This document shows, one piece after another, positions 30,526-44,439 of a stretch of 64,000 nt of DNA. This DNA comes from Eledone cirrhosa (lineage: Eukaryota): the NCBI GenBank assembly GCA_964016885.1, contig OZ024759.1, forward strand, positions 25,854,001 through 25,918,000, given 5' to 3'. Under the pieces are notes generated by a model. It was not told the origin of the DNA. It did no database searches and saw only the letters and a program-made list of their open reading frames with translations. Position 1 is the first letter of the stretch; the number at the start of each line of letters is the position of its first letter. A program made the position numbers and the translations under genes.

Positions 30526-31340
30526 TGGTGATGGTTGTGGTGTTGGTGGTGGTGTGGGTGGTCGTGGTAGTGGCGGTGTTGTTGGTGGGGGGTGGGGGGG
30601 TTGTAGTGTTGGTGGTGGTGTTGCTGGTGTTGGTGGTGTTGCTGGTGGTGATGGTTGTGGTGTTGGTGGTGGTGGTGCTGGTGGTGGTGGTGTTGCTGGT
30701 GGTGGTGGTGGTGGTGGTGGTGTTGCTGGTGGTGGTGTTGCTGGTGATGGTTGTAGTGTTGGTGGTGTATGTGGTGTTGTTGGTGGTGGTGGTGGTGATT
30801 GTGGTGGTGGTGTTGGTACTGGTGGTTGTGGTGGTGGTGGTGATGTTGGTGGTTGTGGTGTTGCTGGTGGTGGTGGTGTTGGTGGTGGTGGTGGTGGTGA
30901 TTGTGGTGGTGGTGGTGTTGGTACTGGTGGTTGTGGTGGTGTTGGTGGTGGTGGTGTTGCTGGTGATGGTTGTAGTGTTGGTGGTGTAGGTGGTGGTGTT
31001 GTTGGTGATGGTGGTGATGGTAGTGGTGGTGATTGCGGTGGTGGTTGTGGTGGTTATTGCGGTGGTGGTGGTGGTAGTGGTGGTGGTGTTGGTTTTGCTG
31101 TTGTTGGTGGTTGTACTGATGGTGTTGGTTTTGGTGTTAGTGGTGGTGGTGGTGGTGGTGGTGCTGCTGCTGCTGAGATGTTGGTTTTGCTGTTGTTAGA
31201 GTTGTTATTGGTGTTGTTGGTTTTTGTTATTGTTGGTGGTGGTGGTGCTGATGGTATTGGTTTTGTTGTTGGTGGTGGTATTGCTGATGAAGGTGGTTTT
31301 GTTGCTGGTGGTGTATACGGTTGTGATGGTGATGGTGGGG
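30526..31340. repeat. (GGT)n-rich low-complexity repeat
   Basis: Direct reading; source of spurious poly-V and poly-G ORFs. Confidence 0.9.
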
Positions 31341-31443
31341 CTTTAGATGTTGCTTGATGGTAGAGGTGATAGTGCGCAATAGAACGTAATGTGTGTGTGT
31401 TGGCCAGTACATATAATTGTGTATATAAATGTGTGTATGAAAA

Positions 31444-31682
31444 AATTGTTTCTACTTTTGGCACAAGGCCAGCAATAACCCAGTGTATTACTGGTATATG
31501 AAATAATTGTTTCTACTTTTGGCACAAGGCCAGCAATTACCCAGTGCATTACTGGTACTTTATTTTATCGACTGCATAAGGATGAAAGGCAAAGTTAACC
31601 TCGACGGGATTTGAACTCAGACCGTAAAGGGACGTAACTACGCTGGAAAGCATGGCGTCCGACCCTCTACCGATACTGCCAA
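31444..31682 (-). mobile_element. tRNA-derived SINE (family A) with a duplicated 3' tail
   Basis: Full copy at 31505-31682 plus an extra tail copy at 31444-31495. Confidence 0.9.
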
Positions 31683-31998
31683 TTCATGTAATAATACGTG
31701 TGTAGTACATGCCTGATAGACACATATTCACGTTTATATGTAAGTGTGTAGAAGTGAGAATGTGTGTATATGTGTATGTGGAGGGAGTGCGAATGTGTGT
31801 GTGTACGTGTACGTGAGAGGGTTCATGTGTGGGAGTGAGAATGTGTGTATGTATATATATATATGTGGGGGAGGGGGGTTGAGAATGTGTGTATATATGT
31901 ATGTGCGAATGTGTGTGCCTGTGTGCGTGTGCGTGTGTGTATATTTACGTGTTTGGGTGCATGTGAGGGAGTAAGAATGTGTGTATATGTGTTTGTGG

Positions 31999-32030
<32 letters not shown>

Positions 32031-32253
32031 GATATATATATGTGTGTGTACATATGTGTGTGCGTGTACGATAAGTTTCAGGGTGTGACCGTGAATTTCA
32101 TTTGTGTGTGAATATGAATACAGTACAGGGTTTACGGTTTGCGTGAGTGTGAGCGTAATATAGTGTGTGCCTGTGATGTTTTTGTGAAGATCTGTGTGTG
32201 TGTGTTCATCGATATATTGGCTTGTATAGATATGTAAATTCATAGTAAATTCC

Positions 32254-32293
<40 letters not shown>

Positions 32294-32472
32294 TTGTATG
32301 TATTGCATTGAAAAGATATATACACACACACACATGTATACATGTATCTATATGAATATATATATATATATATATATATACATGTGTGTGTATATGTACA
32401 CACATATATATATATATGGCTATTTATATATATATATATATTTATATATATATACATATGTACATACATATG

Positions 32473-32503
<31 letters not shown>

Positions 32504-32517
32504 ACATATGTACATAC

Positions 32518-32580
<63 letters not shown>

Positions 32581-32953
32581 TACATATGTATGTATGTATG
32601 TATATGTATACATATATATATATATACATATATACATACATATGTATGTATATGTATATATATATATATATACATATATATGTATATATATTTATATATA
32701 TGTATATATATATACACATGTATATATATGTATGTATATATATATACATATATATATATATGTAACCATATATATGTATGTATGTATATATATATATATA
32801 TACATATATATACACATACATATATATACATATATTATATAAAAATATGTATATATATATGTATACATATATTATATAAAAATATGTATATATATATATA
32901 TTGATATACATATGTATATATATATACATATATAAATACATATATATATATGC

Positions 32954-32986
<33 letters not shown>

Positions 32987-33241
32987 ATACATGTATATCA
33001 ATATATATATATATATATAATATATGTATACATATACACCCCCGAAACGACTCAACATTTGCCCCGAAACACACACACAACCAATGATATGAGAAGGGAG
33101 GCCGCGAACACACAGACAGGGGACAAGCACACACGCAGCATGCTCAGTAGATCGACATGGGGAAACTTACAAAAGAAAATCAAAAATATGTATTCGTTTT
33201 TGTCGCAGATGTAGATATGAATGCATGAATGTGTGTGTGTG

Positions 33242-33424
<183 letters not shown>

Positions 33425-33430
33425 ATTGGA

Positions 33431-33640
33431 GGCGCGTGGCTGGGTGCTTAGAGAACTGGATTCACAATCGTGAGATTGTGAGTTCGAATCCCGAACCGGG
33501 CGTTGCGTTGTGTCCTTGAGCAAGACACTTTATTTCACGTTGCTCCTTCTACCTGGAGTTGCGACCGATAGATAGTATTAGCAATTGGAAAGACCAATGG
33601 AAACATTGTTTCCTCGGTCCGATTTGACGAAAGTCGATCG
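33431..33640 (+). mobile_element. tRNA/CORE-like SINE head (family B) fused to a ~95-bp tail
   Basis: A-box-like tggctgggtgc, B-box gagttcgaatccc, CORE-like gtgtccttgagcaagacactt. The tail ttctacctggagttgcgaccg...gacgaaagtcgatcg is shared with the 38773 copy. Confidence 0.8.
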
Positions 33641-33660
33641 ACTGTCGATATATATATAAT

Positions 33661-33806
33661 ATAGAAATAGCTTCTACAGGACTAGAACTGTTTTATTCGG
33701 GAGAAATCATCATGTAGAAGCCATTTCTATGTTAAATATTTATAGTCTGCTATGTATTGAGTACCTTACTTACTGTGGTTAACCCCGATTGAACCCGGGA
33801 TAAACT
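33661..33806 (-). repeat. ~150-bp TA-embedded repeat with a degenerate hammerhead (paralog of 34396-34540)
   Basis: Long stem atagaaatggcttctac/gtagaagctatttctat encloses aTGATGA...aAAACagttctaGTC. Flank ctgctatgtattgagtaccttacttac is shared with the paralog. Confidence 0.6.
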
Positions 33807-33828
33807 TGTATATATATATATTTATATG

Positions 33829-33861
<33 letters not shown>

Positions 33862-33997
33862 ATGTGTGTGTGTATGTATGTAAAGGTATATGCGTAAGTA
33901 AATATTCATGCATATATATATATATAGGTATGTATATATAAAGATATATATAAATATATAAATGTATATGTATATAGAGATATGTATATGTTTGTAA

Positions 33998-34047
<50 letters not shown>

Positions 34048-34307
34048 GTATATATATATGTATATATATATGTATATATATATGTATATATATATAAATG
34101 TATATATATATGTATATATATATAAATGTATATGTATATATATATAAATGTATATGTATATAGAGATATGTATATGTTTGTATCTATGTATATATATATA
34201 TATATATATATATTCATAAATATATATTTATTTATATATATATACATTTATAAATATATATTTATTAATATATATTACATTTATAAATATATATCTATAT
34301 ATATACA

Positions 34308-34348
<41 letters not shown>

Positions 34349-34395
34349 CAAATTAAATATCTCTTCTACATATATATATATATATTTAATATATA

Positions 34396-34450
34396 TGAGA
34401 TTCTACAGGACTAGAACTGTTTCATTCTTTAGAAATCATCAGGAATCTCA
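34396..34450 (-). ncRNA. Hammerhead-like motif (intact core nucleotides, imperfect stems)
   Basis: tgagattc CTGATGA t-ttc-taaa-gaa-t GAAA C-agttcta-G TC ctgta gaatctca. Confidence 0.5.
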
Positions 34451-34805
34451 TCTATATTAAAACTATATTAAAACTTTTATACTCTGCTATGTATTGAGTA
34501 CCTTACTTACCTAACCTCCGATTCAACCCGGAATAACTTACCTAAATATATATTTATATATATATTTACATGTATATATATTTATATATATATAAATATA
34601 TAATATATATATATATATATGTATATGTATATGTGTATGTGTGAGTGCGTGTGTGTGAATACATGACTCCATATATACAATTCCTACCATTAGGCCTTTC
34701 TAAGTCTTGATATAAACGTTAATAAAGTATATTGTAGTGGTTTGTGTTAACGTAATTATATTATATGATATAATGTACTAGTTAAAACAAGTTTAATACA
34801 TTGTA

Positions 34806-34990
34806 CTTCATGTTAGTAAACGTATTACTAAATATATTCTACAAGAAAATCCATCAATAGATATACTGAGACCCACACACACATATATATATATATATGT
34901 ATATTTGATATATATTTATCCTTATCGAGCCCTCTTTGGATTTTAGTCTTCAAATTTATTATTATTACTATGTATGTATACATATATATG

Positions 34991-35027
<37 letters not shown>

Positions 35028-35359
35028 ATATTAAATAAATGGAAACTATATTCATAAAACCATATTTATTCTATTATATATATTTTAAAGGTACCAAAAC
35101 TTTGGTACGCTTTCATCAGATAAAATACAAAGTTTGTTTTATAAATGTTGACATAACCAAGAAAAGATACCTTAACGGTTCAAGTTTTCAAAACATGAAC
35201 CGTTGAAATATATATAATAGAATAAATATGCTTTTATAAATATATTTTCCATTTGATATCATTGAATATTATACTCCAGAAAACTTGTCGAGTGCTCTAA
35301 ATCAGATATAAACATTTATATTTGTTGAATTACCAACAAATTGACTATCCCATTTGCTT

Positions 35360-35449
<90 letters not shown>

Positions 35450-35526
35450 ATGTGTTTGGGTCTCAGTATATCTATGGATGGATTTCCATGTGGAATATAT
35501 TTAGTAATATGTTTACTAACATGAAG
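34806..35526. repeat. Nested inverted repeats (outer 34806-34879/35451-35526; inner ~35037-35085/~35206-35254)
   Basis: Two independent diverged inverted pairs; the inner pair carries hammerhead halves. Confidence 0.8.
35067..35127 (-). ncRNA. Minimal type I hammerhead, paralog of 22924-22988, with G12->A core mutation
   Basis: tattttat CTGATGA aagcgtaccaaa-gt-tttggtaccttt AAAA t-atat-a TA atagaata; palindromic ATAT loop III. Confidence 0.65.
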
Positions 35527-35566
35527 AATATATTCATACATATATATATATATGTGTATATATATT

Positions 35567-35681
<115 letters not shown>

Positions 35682-35830
35682 CATGCTTGTGTGTGTTTAT
35701 TATTTTATTAGGGTATTTCTTGATGACACGTAACTCTGCCTTGTTCTGATCAAAAATTATATTTTAAAGTACGAAGGCCACAATCAGTAATATATCTATA
35801 TCGATAGAATATCCATACATGTGTATTTAC

Positions 35831-35882
<52 letters not shown>

Positions 35883-35950
35883 CACCGATATTTATATGTA
35901 TATATTTATGTATACCTATATATCGATGCATATGTATTTACATATGTATG

Positions 35951-35986
<36 letters not shown>

Positions 35987-36200
35987 TACACGTATGTATA
36001 TATTACCATAAATATATATTTATATCTATGTATATATATATATATATACTCACACACACGTATACATATGTCTCCACACACATATATATATATACATATA
36101 CATATACATATACATATGTCTAAATATATATAACATATTTATATATATGTATATATATATACATACATCCACACGCACACATATATATATGTACATATAT

Positions 36201-36242
36201 CCAAACGGCCTGAGCTCAGCCGTCGGGGTCCAGACTCTTTTC

Positions 36243-36246
<4 letters not shown>
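36201..36246 (+). mobile_element. Family P fragment (hammerhead stem III, GTC and short tail) in (TA)n
   Basis: aaacggcctgagctcagccgtcggggtcc...ttcctat matches the arms at 29.4 and 39.3 kb. Confidence 0.7.
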
Positions 36247-36279
<33 letters not shown>

Positions 36280-36282
36280 AGT

Positions 36283-36381
<99 letters not shown>

Positions 36382-36699
36382 CATTTGACTACTTCAAAGT
36401 AACATATTGTTATTTGAACTTCTGTGTTATCATTCCTGCTATATATATGTGTGTGTCTGTGTGTCTGTCACATAAGTCCACTGTTTAGCTGTATACTATA
36501 TAGTTATACAGACGCACACACGCTCTCGTGCACACACGCAGCCCCTATATCCTTGCAATGGGCCTGTAATATATTTGGGTGAATGCACGTGTACATGTGT
36601 ATGTGTATGAAATATATGTACGCATGTATGTATATAAAATATGCTTTATGTATACCAAATATGCGCTATACATGCTTGTATAATTACTCTCACACACAC

Positions 36700-36739
<40 letters not shown>

Positions 36740-36947
36740 GCTAACGCACGCATATATATCTGTTTTATGTGTATATATAGATATTTTAATATGAATGATT
36801 TTATGGGTTTGTAAAATACACATATCAGCATATATATATACAGATAAAATATACATTCATATATACATATGTGCATATGCTTATATATATATATATATAT
36901 GTGTATGTGTGTGTGTGTGTACGTATGTATGTGTGTGTGCGTCTCTA

Positions 36948-36980
<33 letters not shown>

Positions 36981-37149
36981 TTATATAAACACGCACACAC
37001 ACATATGCTGACACACACACACACACGCATATATATATATATATATACGTACATATACATATGCGTGTATATTTTTACGAGTTTGTTTAAACGTGACACA
37101 GAATGAATATTGTGGCTTTGTTGTTTGTATGATAACACTGAGCAAACAC

Positions 37150-38190
37150 TGATACTCAACACCTTAACTCCACCATCACCACTACCAACACCAACACCGC
37201 CACCACTACCAACAACATGATCACCACTACCAACACCAACACCACTACACCACCAACACCACCACCACTACCAACACCAACACCTCCACCACTACCAACA
37301 CCAACACCGCCACCACTACCAACACCAACACCGCCACTACTACCAACACCAACACTACCAACACTACTAGCACCAATACCACCACCACTACCAACACCAA
37401 CACCACCGCCACAGCGACCAACAACACTAATACTGCCACTACCATCAACATCAACACCACTACCAACACCAACACCGCCACCAATGCCACTACCAACACC
37501 AACATCAACACCACCAACACTTTCACCACTAACATCAATACAACCAACGCTTACACCACTAACAACACCACCAACATCAACACCACCAACACTTACACCA
37601 CTAACAACACCACCAACACTTACACCACTAACACAACTAACAATACCACCAAAACCAACATCAACACCACCAACACCGCCTGCACTACCAACACCAACAC
37701 CACCACCACTACCATCACCAACACTAATACCAACACCAACACCACCACCACTACCAACACCGACACCACTACCAACACTGCCACCACTTCCAACACCAAC
37801 ATCAACACCACCAAAACTTACACTACTAACAACACCACCAACACCGATATCAACACCACTAACACCGACATCAACACCGCTATCACCACTACCTGCACCA
37901 ACATCATCACCACCAACAGCAACTCCACTACCACCAACACCAACACCGCCTCCACTACCAACACCAACACCAACACTGCCACCACTTCCAACACCAACAC
38001 CAACATCAACACCACTAACAACACCACCAACAACATATCAACAACACCAACACCAACATCAACACCACCAACACTAATACCGCCACCACTACCAACACCA
38101 GCACCACCAACACCGCCATCACCACTACCAACACCGCCAACACTAAAAACGCCACCACCACCACCACCACCAACACCGACACCATCACTT
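37150..38190. repeat. (ACC/AAC)n-rich degenerate repeat
   Basis: accactaccaacaccaacacc units; source of the spurious 286-aa Pro/Thr ORF. Confidence 0.9.
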
Positions 38191-38285
38191 GACAGTTACT
38201 TTAATTTATCAACCATTCAAAGATGAAAAGGCGAAGTTCTCCGTAGTGAGATTTGAAATTCAGAACATAGAGAGAGACATTATTA

Positions 38286-38458
38286 TTGGCGGTAGAGAGT
38301 CGGACGCCATGCTTTCCAGTATAGTTACGTCCCTTTACGGTCTGAGTTCAAATCCCACCGAGGTTAACTTTGCCTTTCATCCGTACGGGGTCGATAAAAT
38401 AAAGTACCATTAATGTACTGGGTATTTGCTGGCCTTGTGCCAAAAGTAGAAACAATTA
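38286..38458 (+). mobile_element. tRNA-derived SINE (family A), flanked by minus-strand fragments (~38195-38270, ~38480-38595)
   Basis: Head, B-box gagttcaaatccc, family body and tail. Confidence 0.9.
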
Positions 38459-38598
38459 TATACAACAATAATATTAATAGTGGTTTCTACATTTGGTATA
38501 AGGCCTGTAATTTGAAGGGAAGGGAAAAGTCGACCAAATCGTCTCCAGTGCATTACTGGTGCTTTATTATATCGACCCCGGGATTTGAACTCATAACG

Positions 38599-38640
<42 letters not shown>

Positions 38641-38645
<5 letters not shown>

Positions 38646-38743
38646 AACCAGTAAATATTCCTATTACCCACTCTACTACCCCAAGTATTGAGTACTTTGG
38701 TGCGTTATGGTCCACCTGGTTCCTTACCACATTTCCTTCGTTA
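38641..38743 (+). mobile_element. Family P tail with a short terminal inversion (ataggaa...ttcctat) in (TA)n
   Basis: Reverse complement of 39178-39263 and 29323-29408. Confidence 0.8.
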
Positions 38744-38772
38744 TATATATATATATATATATATATAGTGAA

Positions 38773-38970
38773 GGCGTGTGGCTGAGTGGTTAGAGAATCG
38801 TACGGTTGTGAGTTCGATTCCTGGACCAGGCGATGCGTTATGTCCTTGAGCAAGACACTTTATTTCACGTTGTTCCTTCTACCTGGAGTTGCGACCGATA
38901 GATAGTATTAGCAATTGGAATGACCAACGGAAACATTGTTCCCTCGGTCCGATTTGACGAAAGTCGATCG
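38773..38970 (+). mobile_element. tRNA/CORE-like SINE head (family B) plus shared tail, second copy
   Basis: Matches 33431-33640. Confidence 0.8.
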
Positions 38971-39060
38971 TTCCTTTATATATATATAGTGTAGGTAGTA
39001 CGGTGAAATACTGGTGTTGGTACCAAATCAAGCACTCTATGCACAGGCAGTGTGTATATA

Positions 39061-39132
39061 ATAGAAAAAACGAGGAAGTTTCGTTTACATGTGAAAAATA
39101 TTTTCCATATGTAAACGAAACTTCCTCATTTT

Positions 39133-39138
<6 letters not shown>
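39061..39138. repeat. 78-bp palindrome with GTTTC-hairpin-GAAAC architecture
   Basis: atagaaaaaacgaggaagtttcgtttacatgtgaaaaat|attttccatatgtaaacgaaacttcctcattttttctat. Confidence 0.9.
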
Positions 39139-39177
<39 letters not shown>

Positions 39178-39180
<3 letters not shown>

Positions 39181-39381
39181 CGAAGGAAATGTGGTAAGGA
39201 ATCAGATTGACCATAACGCACCAAAGTACTCAATACTTAGGGTAGTAGAGTGGGTAATAGGAACGAGTAGGACCCCGACGGCTGAGCTCAAGCCGTTTCG
39301 ACGGCTACTTCTGGACTAAAATTTTAGTCCAGAATTAGCCGTCGAAAGGGCTTGAGCTCAGCCGTCGGGGTCCTACTCGTT

Positions 39382-39386
<5 letters not shown>
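39178..39386 (-). mobile_element. Fold-back element (family P), second full copy
   Basis: 130-bp palindrome 39257-39386 with axis ctaaaa|ttttag. The minus-strand arm reads GAAACGGCT-tgagctc-AGCCGTC-ggggtcc. TA flanks. Confidence 0.8.
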
Positions 39387-39423
<37 letters not shown>

Positions 39424-39496
39424 CAATATTTTCTGCCTTTCGTGGTAGGGTCTATATCGTAGTTAGAAGTCAATGTAATCCGGTGTCATTGTTAAA

Positions 39497-39533
<37 letters not shown>

Positions 39534-39535
39534 CT

Positions 39536-40712
39536 GTATGGTGCGAAGCATGGTGTCCAACACTCTACCGATTACTGCCAATCTACTGTCAATAACTACA
39601 ATAATTGTTTCTACTCTTGGCACAAGGCCAGCAATTACCCAGTATATTACTGGTACTTTATTTTATCAACCCCGGCCAATAACGATAATCATTTCTAGTT
39701 TGGGCACAAGACCAGCAATTTTGTAGGAAAGGGGAAAATCGTTTAAATCGTCCCCGCAAGGAAGAAAAGTGAAACTAACCTCGGCAGGATTTGAACTCAG
39801 ATAATAATAAGAGTTTCGGATTTAGGTACAAGACCAACAATTTTGGGGATTTGAACTGAAAACTTAAAGGGACGCAACTATATGCCGGAAAAACTTCTTG
39901 TCCGATGCTCTACTGACACTGCCAAGCCACCGCTCTCAAAATAATGGTTTCTCATTTAGGAACAAGTCCAACAATTTTGGAGGAGAGGAAAGTCAATGAA
40001 ATCGACACCAGTGCGTTACCGGTACTTTATTTTATCGATCCCGTAAATATGAAAGGCAAAGCTAACCTCGGAGGAATTTGAACTCAAATAATTAAAATAA
40101 TAACTATTTCTAGTTTAAGCACAGGTCCAATAATTTGGGGGCAGGGGAAAGTCTGTTGAATCGACACCAGTGCGTTACTGGTACTTTATTTTATCGACCC
40201 CGTAAAGATGAAAGGCAAAGCTAACCTCGACGGGATTTGAACTCAAATAATAATTGTTTCTACTTTAGGCACAAGGCCAGCAATTAACCAGTATTTTACT
40301 GGTACTTTATTTTATCGACCCCGTAAAGATGAAAGGCAAAGCTAACCTCGACGGGATTTGAACTCAAATAATAATTGTTTCTACTTTAGGCACAAGGCCA
40401 GCAATTAACCAGTATTTTACTGGTACTTTATTTTATCGACCCCGTAAGGATGAAAGGCAAAGTTAACCTCGGCGGGATTTGAACTCAGAATGTAAAGGGA
40501 CGTAACTATGCTAGAAAGCATGGCGTCCGACCCTCTACTGAGACTGCCAATCCACCGAATAATAATAATTGTTTCTAGTTTAGGCACAGGTCCAATAAGC
40601 TTTGGGGAGAGGAAAGTCGATTGAATCGAATCCAGTGCATTACTGGTATTTTATTTTATCGACTCCGTAAGTATGAAATGCAAAGCTAACCTCGACGAGA
40701 TTTGAACTCAAA
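39536..40712 (-). mobile_element. Tandem array of about eight family-A SINE units
   Basis: Repeated tail-body-B-box units including a near-identical 121-bp tandem duplication (~40180-40440). A complete head is present at ~40485-40550. Confidence 0.9.
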
Positions 40713-41103
40713 TAATAATAGTAATAGTAATACTATTATTAATAACGAGATGGTATAGTGTCGATAGAAAGCGTGTCATTAAAAGCCATGTTATCAAAGC
40801 ACTTAACGCCACAGTATTAAAATTTGGGAGAATTTAATGTAAAATATTCACGGATGTCGCAACAAATTAGTGGAAATATTCAGATATTCCAACAAATATT
40901 TGAATAATCAGTGGTGCAGGTCGATATATCGATTAAGTTCATCAGAAAGTGATGTATTTGTAAATAAATAAAACATTGATATTTGATATCAAAATTATAT
41001 CAAATGTTGTGTGGTATTAAGTATTCAATGTTATTGATTAGCAGGCTATTGGATATTCCATAATATTTCATACAGACACATGTACATACACACATACATA
41101 CAG

Positions 41104-41199
<96 letters not shown>

Positions 41200-41343
41200 A
41201 TATTTATATATTTATATATATATATATATTTATATTTATATAGATGTGTGTGTCTGTGAGTATAAGTATTTATGTATATATGTACATGAATATGCATATG
41301 TATATATATGTGTGTGAGTATACGCATATATGTATACATTTGC

Positions 41344-41445
<102 letters not shown>

Positions 41446-41704
41446 GAGACTGCGTGTGTTTATGTATATATGGATGGACACATGTATATGCATATGTATA
41501 TGTTTGCATATATATGTATACAAATATGTATATATATATATGCACCTATACATATTTATGTGCACCATTACGTGTACTAGGGTGAACTACTACTATTATG
41601 CAGTAGTAGTAGTAGTAGTAGTATCAACATTAATGGTACAATATCAATTTTAATGGATTAAAATAAACACACACACAATCGTAAGCAACATTTTGTTTTT
41701 ATGT

Positions 41705-42030
41705 AATCACTTGCACCTGATAGAGAATGGTTCTGTGTCGGTTTCGACGATGAATGTCCAAGTTATTATATTATGAGACAGTCAGATCAATATATGATCG
41801 CTTAAGAGGCTCAATATTTCACAGACACGTGAAGCCTTAACATAATTCTTAGGAAGAATCACCTCAATACAATAAGCGACATTCAAGCTCTTTGAATGAC
41901 AGCTTCAATGATCCTTAGAGTGATAGTTGCTGAGTATTGTATTTGACAGACACGTGTACTCATTACATAATTCTTACGAGGAGACAGCATAAAACATTCT
42001 TACTAGTCTCACCCAATAAATTACAGGCAC
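41705..42030 (-). mobile_element. Diverged interspersed-repeat (probable SINE 3' region) fragment with internal duplication
   Basis: acagacacgtg...acataattctta occurs twice (~41821 and ~41946). Family and strand assignment rest on recalled resemblance only. Confidence 0.4.
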
Positions 42031-42152
42031 AATCCATCCGTCGGGCTTCTAAGCAGTCTCTGTCTACGTAGTTTAATTTGCAAGGGTGCGATGATCAAAA
42101 GATATTTTAATCGAGACTTGTCCGCAAAAGGATTTTATCTAGAGGTTCACTC

Positions 42153-42275
<123 letters not shown>

Positions 42276-42629
42276 CGTATATATATATTTACTTATAATA
42301 AATATTTGCTCTCCGGTTCTTATATATTTGATATATATTTATCCTTATCGAGCCCTCTTTGGATTTTAGTCTTCAAATTTATTATTATTACTATATATAT
42401 ATATATATATATATATATTTACGATTTGTATTTTAATTATGTCTCATATAAAATAATACAACTGGATATCCGTAAAATACGTATAGTTAGCACCCGAAAC
42501 GTATAATTGAGATTATACTAAGGTATATCCTAATGTTTGTTGAGTGAGACGGAAGCGTGTCGGAGTATTGCTTAAAGCTTTCTCTGTTAATGTATTAAAT
42601 ATTTTCGTATATATATATTTACATACATA

Positions 42630-42660
<31 letters not shown>

Positions 42661-43055
42661 ACACATACACATATCTAACTACATGAATAGTCACACATAC
42701 ATACTCACATATACACATATATACACATACGCACACATATGCACGCACAGAAACGCACTCACACACACATATATATATATATATATATACACAAACACAT
42801 ACACACACATGTACACACACATACATACACACATACACACAGATATATAGACACATGTATACACATATACCCACATATATGCACAAACATATATATATAT
42901 ATATTGTTCAATGTGCAGTGAACAACTCTTATTCCTAATTACTGATCACTCAACCAATTTCTACTTTATTAATAAGATTATAATTAATTAAGATAATTAA
43001 AAACATACGTAGAAAATACGTACCCATACATAGCTATACATATTTACATATACAT

Positions 43056-43119
<64 letters not shown>

Positions 43120-43375
43120 GATCCCGTGAAGGGTGAAAGCAGTGATTCTTTGCTTAAACTTTAATCTGTTATTTTAATAAATATATATATATATTATATA
43201 TGTATATATATACATATATATATACATATATATATAATATATATATATTATATTAAAGTGTTAAACAATATTCAATGAGTATTTCAATGAATGATTTTTA
43301 CAGTAGATTGGAAGCACTCTACGAACAAAAATAATCTTCCGGAGTTATTACTATTAAAATATAAATAATAATAAA

Positions 43376-43408
<33 letters not shown>

Positions 43409-43439
43409 ATATATTATATATATATATAAGAGCAGTGGA

Positions 43440-43607
43440 TTGGCAGTATCGGTAGAGGGTCCGACGCCATGCTTTGGCCCTTTATGGTCTGAGTTCAAAT
43501 CCAGCCGAGGTTAACTTTGCCTTTCATCCTTACGGGGTCGATAAAATAAGGTACCAGCAATACACTGGGATAATCGCTGGCCTTGTGCCAAAAGTAGAAA
43601 CAATTAT
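43440..43607 (+). mobile_element. tRNA-derived SINE (family A)
   Basis: ttggcagtatcggtagaggg head, B-box, body and tail. Confidence 0.9.
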
Positions 43608-43789
43608 ATATATATATATATTATATATATGTATATATATATTATATATATATATTATATATAATACAATATGTAGAAAAGACAACACACCAGAGAGAGA
43701 TAGTGCGTAATCAGTCAAACAGGGACAAACCACCAGTGTATGGAATCTATAGCCCATGGAAGGCAAAGTAGACACACAACAATTAAAAG

Positions 43790-43880
43790 TATATATAAAA
43801 GTATTATATATATATTTATATTATATATATATTATATATATATTATATATATTTATATATATATTATATATATTTATATA

Positions 43881-43949
<69 letters not shown>

Positions 43950-44011
43950 ATTATATATATATATTATATATATATATATTTATATATATATATATTTATA
44001 TATATATATAT

Positions 44012-44042
<31 letters not shown>

Positions 44043-44137
44043 ATATATTATATATATATATTATATATTATATATTATATATATATATTATATATTATAT
44101 ATATATATATATTAATATATATATCTATATCTATATA

Positions 44138-44188
<51 letters not shown>

Positions 44189-44315
44189 TTATATATATAT
44201 ATATATATATATTATATTTATATATCTATATATATATATATAATATATATATCTATATATATATATATTATATATATATATATATTATATATATATATTA
44301 TATATATATATATAC
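43790..44315. repeat. Interrupted (TA)n tract of ~520 bp
   Basis: Direct reading. Confidence 0.95.
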
Positions 44316-44395
44316 ATCTATCTATCTAACTATCTATCTCACTCTCCCTTTCTTCCTCTCTCTCTCTCTCACTCTCCCTCCCTTTCTCTCTCTCT

Positions 44396-44439
<44 letters not shown>

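Noticed and set aside
30554-31357. 267-aa Gly-rich ORF
   Set aside because: (GGT)n repeat that is open in several frames.
37217-38077. 286-aa Pro/Thr-rich ORF resembling a mucin or extensin
   Set aside because: Entirely ACC/AAC repeat; equivalent tracts occur on both strands elsewhere in the window, with no domain or splice evidence.
43115-43160. GAAGA-tccc/gggt-GAAA next to (TA)n (similar weak cases near 16260-16300 and 19100-19140)
   Set aside because: Core incomplete and no convincing stem III or stem I; possible decayed ribozymes but not supportable.
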